In this document: positions 1 through 13,700 of the stretch, one piece after another
How positions within the stretch are numbered: position 1 is the stretch's first letter
Layout of the letters: every line of letters starts with the position of its first letter
Source: Botryllus schlosseri
Taxonomy: Eukaryota
NCBI GenBank assembly: GCA_051294905.1
Contig: CM119375.1
Location: 13,392,001 to 13,456,000, forward strand
Reading direction: 5' to 3'
Length of the DNA stretch: 64,000 nucleotides
Position numbers and translations under genes: made by a program
The notes under the pieces: generated by a model
Seen by the model: the letters and a program-made list of their open reading frames with translations, nothing else
Told to the model about the DNA's origin: nothing
Database searches by the model: none

Positions 1-374
1 CTCAAGTTATTGGTGTGAACAAAGAAAAACACGGCCATATTATGAAGAAGTGAAAATACATATCATTACTGGCAGCCTCTTTATGGGCGATAGAGGATGA
101 CTAATTGCATGTGATGATATATATTCATTAAAGACACCAAATACGAAAAAATGACAAAACTAAAATAGGCACAACCGAGGTGAGGGGGCAAATTTACAAA
201 AATGACATAAACTCACAATTATACTATCGCAATAAATCACAATGCTCGAAATTGGCGGGATGTTATCTTCCCTTGACGAAGCTTTCCTGCCAAGCCATAT
301 TTTATGAATCGGTTAATTTCTGACACACAGAAATCGGCAAATGAATCTCGACGACAATTTGTTTCGCCACTTAC

Positions 375-3300
375 TCGTAGCGCCTCGTTTGAAGGTAGAT
401 CCGCAATCTCCGTCCCCGGCTCCCGAGTCCAAATCATTCAGGTATGCCTCATTCGAAATTAAAGCGCGACAACATTTCTTTACAGTTTCACAGACTGAAA
501 TGAACGGCACACATCGGTCGACGACCAGTGAGGCCTAAAATATGTTCTTTAAGTAATGCTTCACGGGCCAAATGTCTTATTGATGTGAGTTGAATGAGAT
601 CGAATAACTTTATAACACAAAAACAATGTAAATCTCAAGAAAAGATAATGAGAGTGTGTGCAGTTGTAGTGAAGTCACTGCACTGTCATGTATCTAAGTG
701 TAAAGTGAAGCTATGTGTCATGAGGTAGATAAACCTGGTACATCAAGGGTGGCATACACATAAAAAATAAGCAAATTTATATTGTTAACGCTCATAATTG
801 CTGAAGTTACTAACATGGGCATGGGCACAGATCAGACTTGGACAACTAGATAATTCTAGTTGTCTACTTTCACTAAATCAGAGCGAAATGCCAGTAATCT
901 AATTCCAATATAATTTGTGAATTGTTTCCATGCTCTAATTCTAATTCTAATCTAATTTGTGAAATGTTCTTATGTTCTAATTCTAATTCTAATCTAATTT
1001 GTGAAATGTCCCTATTCTCTAATTCTAGTTCTAATCTAATTATTGTTTTCCTGAAGATTCCTCTTTGTCATTAGTACATCGCCGTTCTGACTAACATGGG
1101 CGATGCCCATGGTTACCATAAAAGAAGTAATATTTCATTAAAGTATAGTAAAAATCGAGCCAAGCTTGGTGTACAGAAGTTAACAATTCTCATGGGTATG
1201 GGAATGCACTGTTGTTGTTGTTGTTTATTAAACAAAAATATGTGGCGCTTATCGCCTGACGGCCTTTTGCACCACGTACTGTGATTTGATATGACCTGAC
1301 TTAGTAGCTCTAATTCTAATCTAATTTGGAAAAAGCTGTGTAGCTCTAATTCTAATTCAAATCTAATTTGGAAAAACTGTGTAGCTCTAATTCTAATTCT
1401 AATTAGAGAAAAACTGTGGAGCTCTAATTCTAGTTCTAATCTAATTCAGAAAAGCTGAAAATCTTCTAGTTGTCCAAGTCTGGCACAGATGCCGTAACTA
1501 GTATGCCACCAGTGTGTCTCTTGAGCAGATTAAAATAACAGAACTGCTGGTTATCATTATGAGCGAGCACGATTTACTACATAGATCCAATACGGTTCAT
1601 AGATTTCATTATGGGACGAACATTACATAATAGACCCTTACCTGATGAATACATTGAATCTCCTGTACTTGAGAATTTTTTGTTCTCCTCTTCTTGCCAC
1701 TCAATATCGTCGATTTTCATGTACACGTTCTGTTTCGATGAAAAACGGTTTTGGTTACTTTGCCACGCTGAAGCTTTGGTAGGATAATCTGACAAAGGAT
1801 ACTTTTGATTATAATGAGAAAGATGCGCGGGCAATAGGCGAAGTAGATATTGCACTTTACACTTGAATTACGTCTATACCTCTAATTTCTAGTCGGACTA
1901 TTCAACAACAGTAAAGGCTATTTCAAGTTGCAGAAAATAGGTTCCGAGAGTGAAATGCTGGCAGTTTCAAAATTTCTACGGCATAACACAGTTGCCGATT
2001 AGGTTTGTGTAATTTTTCTAATGAAACCTGATCAGTAAAGCTGTTCGAAAATGGCCCTTCAAATTTTCCTGACAACGTTATAAAATTATTAGATTGCGCA
2101 AGAAAACGATGCGCACCAAATTTGGCTCAATTCCAACAAGTCAAATCATTGCTATGAGAGAAGGAAATTTTGCATTTATTAAATTAATTGAAAAATTCTC
2201 AAGTTTGATCAGCTACCATACCGCATGAAATTGTTAGTTTTTCGAAAAAGCAATGCGCAATTCCAACACGTTGAAACAAAGTTTTTGAGGTCGAAAATTT
2301 TGGATTGGAAAAAATAGTATGTACGGTGGCTAATACTTTCATTAATAATTATAGAATGATCCACCTCAAATATTATTTTTCAAATCCAAAATTCTATACT
2401 CCAATGACTTCGTTTCTACAGGTTGGAATTACGCCAAATTTTTCATGCATCATTTTCTTAGACAACCTAACAATTTCATGGGGTAGCCGGTATAATTTGA
2501 AATTTATATTTATTAAATCAAAATTTTTTTACTCTCATAGAAATGTTTCTGCTGGTTGGAACTCGGAATTGAGCCAAATTTGGTGTGCAGTTTTTTTAGG
2601 CAACCTAACAATTTTATCAAGTATCACGGCGCTCTAGAACGCGGTCAAGAGAGATTGTTTAAAAAAGATGTCTACTGGTTCTAATAGTCAACCGGCATAG
2701 GCAGACATGAGACGTTATAAAGAAAATAATTAAATACATCGCTCTAATTTTTTCAAGCAACAGTACTTTCCAAATCCGTTAATCAACTAGTTGAAGCAGT
2801 TTCAGCCTGCCTAGTAAGACAGTACTTTTATTATAGTTGTCATATTTTTCCCTGACGAGACATTTTTTTGAACTTGAGTTCAAATATAGTCTGTTACTTA
2901 CAACTACAGTCACATCCATGACTAACCTAACTATGATCTGGGACCATTCAAATACAGAATGCCTTCTCTTACTTATAGCGGATTCCAGTAAATCATTCAA
3001 CTTTGTCAGGTTCACATTAAAGCCAGCCATGTCCAACGATGTCATGAAGTGACCAAAGAAATAACAGCAGACTTCCACACCCATGTCTCCTACAGACATA
3101 ATTTTGCGGGTTATTTAATGACACATGCAACTGTTTTAGAATACAGTCAACTGAAACAGATGTACTATTCACTGGGCTTTACTCATATCCATTAGCACAG
3201 CATGGTAACTACCTCATTTGACTGATACCCTCCTCCATTTCAAGTCAGCCATGAACAATGAACATGCATATTCATGGTCTACACAGAATGCTAGATGAAT

Positions 3301-6300
3301 TGCTTTGGTTCAAGTGAATTTTTGTAATAATGGCACACTTCTTATTAATCAGGCATACATTGTATGATTTACTTCAATAAATATAAATCAGTTCCGTAGG
3401 ACTTTCAATATTACCAGCAATACCAGTATCTATCAGAATTAGTGATGTAGTACTTTTTTGGGGGTTTGCGCAAACATCACATCTTTCAAGCTTATATTCT
3501 CTCTAACCAAGACTGCAATCTACAGAGTATGTATATGAAATTGGCAGTAGAGGAATCAGATATGTAAATTGTGCAAGAGACTGGTGTAAATTACCATGGC
3601 AGACGAAATACAACGGACAAGACGCGTAGATGCAAACTATTTCACATGAATTCAAACTCCTTAGACAGGAAGCTACTTTACAAGTAGAAACAATATTTTT
3701 CCTCTTTTATTCAATTTCCTTTAATCGCCGATGGTGCAAACAGTAGATTATTGTCTTATAGTGCAATCTTACTAGACAAGTTCACAAAGGTGGTCATCAA
3801 TGAAGAACTTTTGACATGTCTTAAAAATAGCTTCTTCTTCCCATACCAGTACTTGAATTGAAATTTATGGTATTACCTCTACTTTTATTGAGTATTAATG
3901 CTGACTACTTTAACCACATCCGCAAGTTCAGCAGGCCTGACAAAATCAACCCGAATCTTGTATAGGGCCATGCAATAAACCCTGGCAGTTATGCTCACTG
4001 CTCGGTAGTTACAACGATATCCAAACTCACCCAAATACTGTACAACTTTTCTTCCAAGTATGTGCATTTCGAGCTCTGATAACCCGCCGAGATTGTTCAA
4101 AATAAGCGACACCTTGTCACCTGAGCAGAGACATTAATGTTGGACCAAATTGGACATCTCATGTTTAAGTTATCACGTCAACGAACCGCTTTCCAATGGA
4201 AGGTGATTAGGCCGGCTTCTATCGGTCATCAAATTCAGCATGTACTCAACGGTTTCATCGGCAGACTTGAGCTAAAATGCGAAGACAAACGTTATTTGAG
4301 ATCGCACTTCCTTGATATCCATTATACTGGGAATGACAGTTCAAAGTATTGCATTTTCAGCACACAGTCACAGCCCTGTCAAGCATCCTGTCATCTTGTC
4401 AATTACTTACGGAACTACTTCCTTTTTTACTTGAACAATATGCCGACGGAGCATAGACGATCAGCAGAATAGGTAACCAGTAACTAAGTACTGCTTTTTC
4501 CAAGATTGAGGCTGTCCATTTGCTTGTACTTATTGTTCAAGCAGTTTGGTTGTTTGGTTAATTGATTCTTGCCATTCATATTTGTTCTAGTAAAGAAGAT
4601 TTAGGATAGATTGATTAAAATTTCATGAGTAAAATCATCACCTATGTCAAGCAAAGCAATATAACCGTTTATCACAAGCAGTACTCTGTCCTGCTTCCAC
4701 TTCAGCATCAACAGTCAACATACAAAGCTACAGCAGTAATGCTCAAAATGAATTTTAGCACATCTGATGATAGAAATAATGCTCACTTCAATTCGTTCCA
4801 CTCCAGCCTCGCCATGAGCTCCTAAACAACAAGTTTCTCTCATATGTAAGACATCGCAACAAAAATGGGAGTAGAGAATGATTGAGTTCATTTTCTGCAC
4901 ACGTATTGGGGCGGAATGGGACGACAATGCTGTTATGATGCTTTATAATTTAATGACATTAGAATACTAATTTTCATTATAGATTATTTCTCTTTTAACT
5001 TACCTAGTCCAACTTCCATGTCAGTCTCTGCGAGATGAAATGAGGGGCCCGTTCCAGGAATAGAGCATGCTGAAAGGCTAACGCCAATAGTACCTGCAGA
5101 CACAAAATTAATTCTCCGAGGCAGAATTCATTTGTAATAAAAGAAGACTAGCTGTTCTCAAACAGATACAACTGTGGTGCCGCTTGTAAACATGTCAGGT
5201 TGGACTACTATTGGACAGTTCAGGACAGACTAATCTTGTAGGAGTAGCAAGGTAAGTCAATTTGAAAAATCGGACGAAAAGGGAAACAAGATGCTAAAAA
5301 AGGGCCTAATCATGATACTTTGCTATGCTCCCAAAAATCCCTTTGACCTAACCGTGGGATCAGGGGCAAGTTGTCCTGGTTGAGAGCTGCCAGCCTAGCA
5401 AATAGTAAACCTTGAACAATGGATATTCATCAAAATAGATTTGATAGTATGATAATCTTCAAGCCTAGCATATACCACTGAAGAGTCACCCATATTGTCA
5501 GAGGCGAATTCCACAGTCTGAACAATCTCTTCTAACCTGCGACCTTGCTCCGCCAGTGCACCGGCAATCTAAAAATACACATTCAGCATGCAGGATTACA
5601 GCGTAGACATGTTTTGTTACCATTTCTAATTAAATAGGTTTCAAAGCAACCAATTCAATTTCCACAGTTACAAAAAGGTGTGACTAAGCCGTTTAAACCG
5701 TGCGAAATGCTGTTGAAACTGGACCAGTCATATATTACATTGTGAAACCGTGGGCCTGGCCTTCTAGTAGTCGCAGGACGCATCATGTCATCAGGAATTA
5801 GTAGCAGTGTTGGCAAGAATTTTCAATAAATTTGGCATCGAAAAGCTCATAACGATCGTAAATACTAGGCAACGCACACGAAGCCAAAAAAAAGACTCCA
5901 GTTCAACATATTAATCTTGTCAACACATTTGTGGGTCAGCGTATTTTAATGCTGTGTTGGTCATTCTCCCAGACCACCGGAGCTTAGCTCAAGCGTACCG
6001 GGACAAGCGGAAGTGGTAACCCATACTGGCCACACAAAATTTTCTGTTGCCCGCAGGATGCACAGATGCGCACCTCTGCTTTAAACTACAAAACCATCAA
6101 ATGTAGCAATTGATCAGATTAGAAATTGCTGAAAAAACACCTTCATTGCAGAGACAATGCCGACAAGTCCTCGTCGGCCAGCAGTTTTGTCAATGCTTTG
6201 AACAGCACAATCTTCACCGATGACGACAACCGCTACCTAAAATTGAAAGAGAACAACTCTTGCTCATTTCCAATAGGAAAGTATCATTGTCATACCTTTA

Positions 6301-7277
6301 TCCCAAGCGCTTTCGCTCTCTCGGCAGCAATCCCAAAATTTATGCGATCGCCAGTATAGTTTGCAACAATGATAAGTGTCCCACCTGACCATAGATTATA
6401 GAGTTGCGGACATTTATCAAGTAAGAAAAATGATGTGTCCGTGAATATCAAGTACTGCTACACATAATCATAATAAGCGTTTTGTATTATTTTTATTTTA
6501 CCAACTCAGGACACACAACGTACAATGCATTACAGAAGACATAATGCGATGCCATTAGCAGATAGGAGAGAGTCAAGACGAACAAGTACTTGCTCTCTAT
6601 CGGTAATTCACCTCGGCCTAATGTTCGATGTATCAGTTTTCGATCTTATCTCTCAACTGAAACGAATGCGAACGAAAAAGGCATCAAGAAGCCAAATAAG
6701 AATCGGGTATTAGGCTGAGGCGTATGTTAGATTCAAAGACCATACTTGGTCGACATCCTGCTGATGATTTTCTCGCATTGTGTCTTGTGTAGTGTATTGT
6801 GATTATTATAATTATGCACTGACACTGCCACAAGTGATCACTATTGAGATCCCATTGCCAGGAAAGTGGGTTCAGCAGTTATACAAAAATATAAATAAGA
6901 ATTCACCTGGACTTCGAACTGCTTTCAAAGCGGCAAGTATGGAATTCGGGGGTGGCGAGGCGAAGACAGAGCCAGCAACAGCTGCAGACAACATTCCTTC
7001 ACCAACATATCCTGCGGCAAATGGCTCGTGACCAGACCCTCCTCCGCATATAACTGTCACCTGACCAGCATCGGTGAGACTTTGAATGTCACTTCTTATA
7101 ATGACTCGATGACCTGAAATGATGAATATAGTTTGACAGAGATTTTGTGCTGCTATGATTTCATTTATCAGTACCTGCAAGAATAGAGGTGCCTGGATTT
7201 GAATGCACCACTCCAACAAGCATTTCGTCTACACATGATGATACTTCATTTATAAACAGGCGGCTGGATCTTGACAT
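375..7277 (-). CDS. TKFC: Triokinase/FMN cyclase (dihydroxyacetone kinase), 3'-partial, 12 coding exons in window
   Basis: Exons (minus): 7277-7175, 7113-6907, 6384-6296, 6236-6141, 5568-5490, 5093-5004, 4821-4787, 4271-4187, 4120-4031, 3089-2973, 1788-1642, 494-375. All are GT-AG with matching phases. Translation contains DAK motifs [41 protein letters not shown] (catalytic His), LNNLGGLS and the DhaL-domain start [16 protein letters not shown]. The rest of the DhaL domain must lie left of position 1. Confidence 0.96.
833..1482. mobile_element. Non-autonomous hAT-type MITE in TKFC intron, with internal (CTAATT)-like tandem arrays
   Basis: Perfect 18-bp TIR CAGACTTGGACAACTAGA (833-850) / TCTAGTTGTCCAAGTCTG (1465-1482). 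Perfect 8-bp TSD GCACAGAT (825-832, 1483-1490). Subterminal tctaattctaat repeats at about 895-1040 and 1305-1445. Confidence 0.92.
1990..2640. repeat. Dispersed repeat related to the element at 31418-31960
   Basis: Shares aaatt(t/g)gctcaattccaac (2118-2137 vs 31504-31523) and gccaaatttggtgtgca (2573-2589 vs 31865-31881). Ends are approximate. Confidence 0.7.
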
Positions 7278-7428
7278 AGTTAGTCTAAAATATGAAAATA
7301 TACATGATTTTAGTCTACCAACATATGAATACACAAGCATTCAGCCAAGTCACAGTATTAGATGTCTAAGATGGCTGAATATGCTGCAAAATATCCTATA
7401 ACGTAGCCTTCATCATAACCGTGATAGC

Positions 7429-8780
7429 CAGGCCGTGTTCTTTTTGGCATATGCCAAAACTGCCAAAAATAACTTATTTTTGGCATTTTTCGATTTTTAT
7501 TTTTGGCAGTTTTGGCATCGTCCTCTAAATAGATAGTTTCAGCCTCGAATTAGTCACAGAACGCTTTATTTGGGCCAGTTTGTCAAAAGACACCACAAAA
7601 TGTGCAGCATCCACGTATAATCAGTGCCAACAAACAATAAGAAGAAAAAACCTAACGATTTCATAGATTAATAATGTCAAACGAAACCACAAAATGTGCA
7701 GTATCCATCGGAATCGGTGCCAATAAGCACAAAAAAAAGAAAAGCCTAACAAACACGCTCAACAGCTGATTGTTACAGCTGTTGAATAGACTTAAATCGA
7801 TTGCACTGTAACAGTGCTTACAAACTCAGATCAGCTAAGTTTCTGCTAAATTCATTTCTCGCCCAGCGAATCTGGGAAATATCGGCTTCAACAGTAGCCG
7901 TTGAGGGAAAGAATGTTGCCAGTCATCCACAAAAGGTTTTCAGAACTTCAAAATATTTGGACGGCCGAACCGGCTTCCATGCATCATGAAAAGAGATCAC
8001 TTCGCCAGTGCCATCGATCTCATCGTGGAAGGAATTTTCTTCCCGATCCTTTTCCAGGAGTTTCCTGTGTTGTTTCTCAACTCATTCTATTTATTAGCCC
8101 GACTATCATTTCTCCTTCAGTGTACCGATATATTTTCGGAGGACTTCTGTCAGATCAGGTGGCTTTAATATTACCAACTCGCATGGAAGAGTCCCCGGAA
8201 GGTTAGCTTGTTTAAGAACATTGACGCAACACGACTGTCTGGCAAAACGAGACTATACAGCTCAGAAATAGCCAGACAGTTTGTTGCGTCACAATGTTCA
8301 ACTCGATCACAATGCAAAAATCATGGCTGATTTTGGGGGTTCCAGTTCCATGAGCAGAATATAATTTATATTTTAATAATCAGTACTGCGGCAGCTTCTC
8401 ATTGATACCCGTTTTATCAAATTTAGCGCTTGACAAGCCGGTCAAAAATGTTTGTAAAATTGCCTTTGGGCAAATGGAAAGTATGACGTAAACCAAATGC
8501 AGCCAGCCGTTCAATCTCGCTGTGCCCACACCATTTAGGACACCATGCTTTCACCCCTAATGGGTGGGCTGGACCCAGATAAAGAAACCTGCCTTTCACA
8601 AACGCTCTTCTCGCTTGTAACGCGGTCCTGTTAACACAACACCATGAACGAAATACACTATTTGGCAGGCCGTGTTATTTTTGGCAAATGCCAAAAATTG
8701 CTTATTTTTGGCATTTTTAAATTTTTATTTTTGGCAGTTTTGGCATCTGGCTCCTGAAATGCCAAAAATAACACGGCCTG
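7429..8780. mobile_element. Composite non-autonomous hAT element (two left ends, one right end) with about 1.1 kb internal passenger DNA
   Basis: Left end CAGGCCGTGTT(C/A)TTTTTGGCA at 7429 and again at 8667; right end TGCCAAAAATAACACGGCCTG ending at 8780. Perfect 8-bp TSD GTGATAGC at 7421-7428 and 8781-8788 flanks the outer ends only. Confidence 0.9.
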
Positions 8781-9059
8781 GTGATAGCTGTTTCTGTTCG
8801 TATTTATGGTAACACGCTAAAGGTGAGCAGCGATGATTTTCCAAGTTGAAGTAATTTTTTTTTAAATAATTAAAAAACAAAACATAGTGTGAGCACAGGA
8901 CACCAATTCCAAACAGGCGGTGGTGATGCTATATATAAATAGGCAAATCCGTACGTACAATCTTATTTGAGATTATGGTATAATGCAGTTTAACCTGAAA
9001 CACGGACTATCGTGGATCATCCGCAAGATGTGCGTTTAGCACAGAAAAAACGCAAATAC

Positions 9060-9200
9060 CTTTCAAATGCCCGAGGTCCAACAAGTCAGCAGGCGCGGAG
9101 CAGATCAGCAGATCAGCAGTACGCTATCGCTATCTACTTGTAATGATGATTGCTGCAATCCATGGTTCGCTGCATAATGCATTTGCAAAAAATGCACGGT
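9060..9200 (-). other. Putative non-coding first exon of TKFC
   Basis: Donor AAAG|GTATTT at 9060/9059 in CpG-containing DNA. The ATG exon has an acceptor TTTTAG at 7285, so an upstream exon or a trans-spliced leader is required. 5' limit is a guess. Confidence 0.4.
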
Positions 9201-9559
9201 GCGACCATAGAGTAGTGCAATCATAGCCTTTATAAACCACGAAATTTATTATGTACAACAAAATAATTGCTGAGTGTTAAAGGTATATTTCTAAAAAATA
9301 TGTAAGTTTGCTTCGATCAGTTCAAGACTTGACACTGTACTGTACGGAAACTCAACTCAACAAAATGTTTTCTCAGTAGATCAACATGTGACGATGTCTT
9401 CTTTGCGGGAGACGACAGCTTTTTTTCACATACTTGAAATTTTTCTCAATCTAGTATTTTATCATACCATAGTATTGCGGTACTGGAAAATGCGTGCAAC
9501 CACAGACTGGTCATTGTAGGATCATTGGATTCGTCATCTCATAAGCCATCCCTTAGTCA

Positions 9560-9730
9560 TCTGTCCTCACCGCCAGATCGCGCTGCCGCCTCGCTGGGAA
9601 GAAGAATTACACGGTGTTCGGATTTTGAAGTAGCAACAAGAATGCGGCGATTGTGAGCGTATAGGCGACGACTTGTCTCAAATGGCGATGGAGAGATATG
9701 ACAATACGCATAACTGAAATAGCAACGTGT
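9560..9730 (+). other. Putative non-coding first exon of FHOD, with short uORF
   Basis: CpG-rich stretch ending in donor GTGT|GTGAGT (9730/9731). Acceptor GTACAG at 10740 directly before the ATG exon. uORF ATG 9682 to TGA 9717 (MAMERYDNTHN). 5' limit is a guess. Confidence 0.45.
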
Positions 9731-10741
9731 GTGAGTAAGGGAGTAGAGTAGCTACCGATATTAGCAGTAAACTGTATTACGACTATGATATTATCAAGTA
9801 CTGTGTAGCTCTTTGCGAATTGCAGTTGTAAACTTTTTGAGCCTATTCAACCGATGAGTTGTAAACAAAATTATGAACCGGAATATCGTACCGTATGTGA
9901 TCAGACTGATCACTGATCATTTACATGTGGCGAGTGGTTGCGGCCGTTGCTACACGACGCGTGAACAGCGCGTATAAACGGTTTGCGGTAAATTCATTCT
10001 GACACTTGATTGCCGTAATTATCCTGTAAGAGCATGGCGAGTAACGACACTCACATTGCGTTACGGCGAAGTATATGATAGTAACAACATGTTTTTAATG
10101 GAGAGTCGGTAAAGAAGAAAGTTGTTTTGTGATGGAGATGCATATTGTTGGCTGCGCTTGCTTGTGTGTTCTCAGTTCGTTTCAAGTTTATATCATGTGA
10201 AGGTTATAGAATAAAACAAGCCAAACCCTTAGATCTATTTTCATTGAGGACTATACCTTCTTGAGGAGATGAGATCAAGCATCAACTTGAAATGACTGAT
10301 GTCATGTCTAGCTTGTCGAAGATAGCTGTATGATTCAGTATGGAATCAGTGTCTTGACTGCATTCTATATGTAGTATAATATCTGCCTGGTTATATTTGT
10401 CAATCAGTTGATGTCAGACAATTGTACATTGTTTTGTTTCGACACTCGGATGCATGTTGTTACCATAAGCACTTGGCAATCTGACTATCCCACAAGTAAC
10501 AGATTTTTATCTATTTCATAGTGTCAATTAGTATTTCAAATAACATATATATAGACATGGAAATTACATAACGCTGCAGATAATGTGGATGATGCAGGCT
10601 ACATTTTGCTATATCTGTAACAATATCCCATCACTGCTAAAAATATTAGTGTGAGGTTTGCTCTAATCACTTCTATCAAATTTCAGTTAGCGTACATTTA
10701 ATCACTATTGCGCCATCGTTGGTGCCTCATGCAAGTACAGC

Positions 10742-13700
10742 ATGTCTGACTATGCTGGACATCTCACCACTGTTGCGAATGGGTCACAGTGGCTGACGTG
10801 TCGGGTTCAGTATTTGGACGACACCGATCCGTTTTCGTCCACAAATTTTCCGGAGCCGACAAGACCGCCAAGCTACACCTTTAACGTCGATTTGCCGTTG
10901 TGTGAGCAACTGGCCGGAGTACACAGATTGCTGAAAGCTCCCCATAAGGTGAATTGTGCTGTCAATTATACATCGCAGTGGTGATATTCCGGTAATGTCC
11001 AGATCTTAATGATCCTTGATATTAAAATCGGAGCTCTTCAAGGTGTCTACTCAACCCCCATTCACCCTCCTCTGATTGCAGTTCTGTTTTAACAATGCTT
11101 AATATTAATATATGTAATTGGCTAGTGATCATGATCAGCATGAAGTCATCAGTCCACCAAATTCTCAAAGTATTGATCAATTTTATAAATTATATTCATC
11201 ATGACAAAAGTTGGTTCACAATTGATGGTAGGCCATTGATGAAGAGTTGTTGTGGTAGTCATATTTACAGTTGCTTTTGATAGGGATTGGCGTGATTTGG
11301 GTTGTATTTGTTGGGTCCTGGGAGTATGTATTATTGCAAGTTTTTAACAGTTAAGCTCAATAATCTTAGTAGGCGATGGAGATCGCCATGATTGAGTAGC
11401 GATGTCAGGTCTGCCAGGTCAAATCCCGAATTTCAAATTATGTTCCTCTGGAATCAGTATGATAATTTTGCATGTCAATTATATTTCTGTAATCTTACCC
11501 AACTGTAATCATACAGATTGATGATTGCACCCTGCAAATCTCCAATTCTGGATCATATTTAGACTTGGATCTGTCCATTAGTGAGCAAAAAGAAGAGTTT
11601 GATAATTTCTTCACTGATGGGTGAGCTAATAGCAGTTACTTACGTTTTGGATAAAAGTAAACTTGATTTGTGATTTTTTTAATTACCAATTAATAATAGG
11701 CATATATATTGCTGTTTTTATACTACTTTTCCATTTATCGTCTAGACTTGGACTATGTCCACTAGTTAGCCTACTTGATAATGATTAATTAGTTCATATT
11801 AGTTGCTGGTTTTATTATAAACACGCCTAGATGTTGATTTTATAATTTTCGCCCAGTAATGTTAAATTCACATTTTCCACAATTCAGATACAGTTGATGG
11901 AATACCGATGATATTATAGCAAATCAAAATGAGCTGAATTTTTGACCGTCTTGAAAAATCGATTCTGATGCGATAGTGATTCTATGAATTCTACTCAGCT
12001 TCAGATGTTTTAATACTGGTCATGAGCAATTCTCAAGTGACTTACTTTGCAGAATCTATTTACCGTTGATTGTCATTCGAAGTTGATTACGAAACTGGTC
12101 TATTTTTGATCCAAGATTCATGCTGTCTTCAGGAGTTGATTGTCTTGTAATATGGTTTGTAAAATCTTGTCTTACAGAAAAAGAAACTCGGTTATAGTAA
12201 GGACCCAACTATCAGTCCGTGTTCATTCATGTATCGGTAAGTGTGAAATCATATACCAAAGATCATCTTTGTAATCGCTTGTAAATTCATTAGAGTAGCT
12301 TACCTTTTGTTTTGTTGTGTTTGCGTAAGTGAGATTCTCTAAAACTGCCATTGTTGCTCTTATCGGGAGTGTTTGTAATTGATAAAAATCTATTACCGAT
12401 CGTCCAGCCTGTCTATGCTATTGTGTGGAACACAATAAGTCCAGATCAGACAATGTTTCTTGGGCACACACAGGTTTCAAGTGTACTATATCCAGAGTGT
12501 AAAATCGGGAATTCCTGTCCCTGTTCTTTGCTGGAGGTTCTTTCGCAATTTCTGAGGCATGGTATGGTAGAGAATTATAAATAAAGCAATGACAACAGCC
12601 TATCTTCCACCTACCTGTTTCAAAAATAACCCATTTTGTAAAGCTGTGATGTGAGCTTAATTCATGTTGTAATAACTTAGAGATGAATTGCTTGATGACA
12701 ATCCGCTTGATGAAAAATATTGGCGGATATGTATCCGCTATGTTAGAATCTTCATAATACAGCTGTATTGACCCGGTTGATTCTAATGGTGTGCAAAATG
12801 CCCCATTTATATTAAGGTATGATATGCTGATAGGTAACTACACCTGGAAATTATATCGATTTTTATTTTAATCTGTTCTGCTCTTATGAGGCCTATAATA
12901 AATTTTTGCAACCGTAGGCTGGCATAACAAAAGATATACGTTTTAACGTCAATTTAGGAACGGTCTTGACACCTAAGTGCCTATTATTCAAGACTAGAGT
13001 TTGCTTGCCATAAAGAAGGAGTTGTAATCTTTGATAAGTGCCGGCAGTTAGAAGGAATGAAATATACATACAAAATTGACTTTCATTATAAATTTTGCCA
13101 ACAAGCATTATCAGCCAGTCATGACTTGGTATACAGCAACAGTTACACTTTGCAGTCAGTGCAAAATCATCAACAGAAACTAGTTCAATCACTGTTGATT
13201 CATATATTTATTTTTTATACTTTGTACCAGCTGTTGTGTGTTATCTTTTTTAAAAGTTAGCATTCGATCATTACAAATTGAATGTCTATCTACGAATTGG
13301 TGATAGCCAAATCATAGCAAAACGATTCACTTCCCATAAACCAAATTGTGAGTGATCACTGAAATATTACCAGGTGTGTTGAGAGCTCAGCTGTTCCAGT
13401 GGCACAGGTGACAACTTGTTACATCACAATCATTTGACGAATGTTGTCAGAATGTATCATTATCATGTCCATGAGGTTTCCCGGGTTCTCTCTATCTGAA
13501 TTGATAGCAAACATTACTAATTTAAGGCTCTTTGTATAGTTTTGTATTACTTTGCGATCTGGGAATATTATAAAGCCCAGTCTTTGTGTGAATTCCAATG
13601 AACGTGCACTCGATATTCAAAGGAATGTATCTTTGTTCATCTTAAATATATTGCACCACATGTTGCATTAGTTTGATTCAATTTTATTACAACACTTAGT

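Noticed and set aside
237-437. ORF 237-437 (minus) or an exon at about 238-320 as the next TKFC exon
   Set aside because: Splicing there gives a stop after about 28 codons with no DhaL similarity. The real downstream exons are probably outside the window.
833-1482. Regular CTAATT repeats with spacers as a CRISPR-like array
   Set aside because: Eukaryotic context, no constant repeat-spacer period, and fully explained as MITE subterminal repeats.
1794-1802. GTATCCTTT (U12-type 5' splice consensus) on the minus strand
   Set aside because: It sits in the pyrimidine tract a few nt before a normal acceptor. The intron already has a standard GTAAGA donor and frames fit without it.
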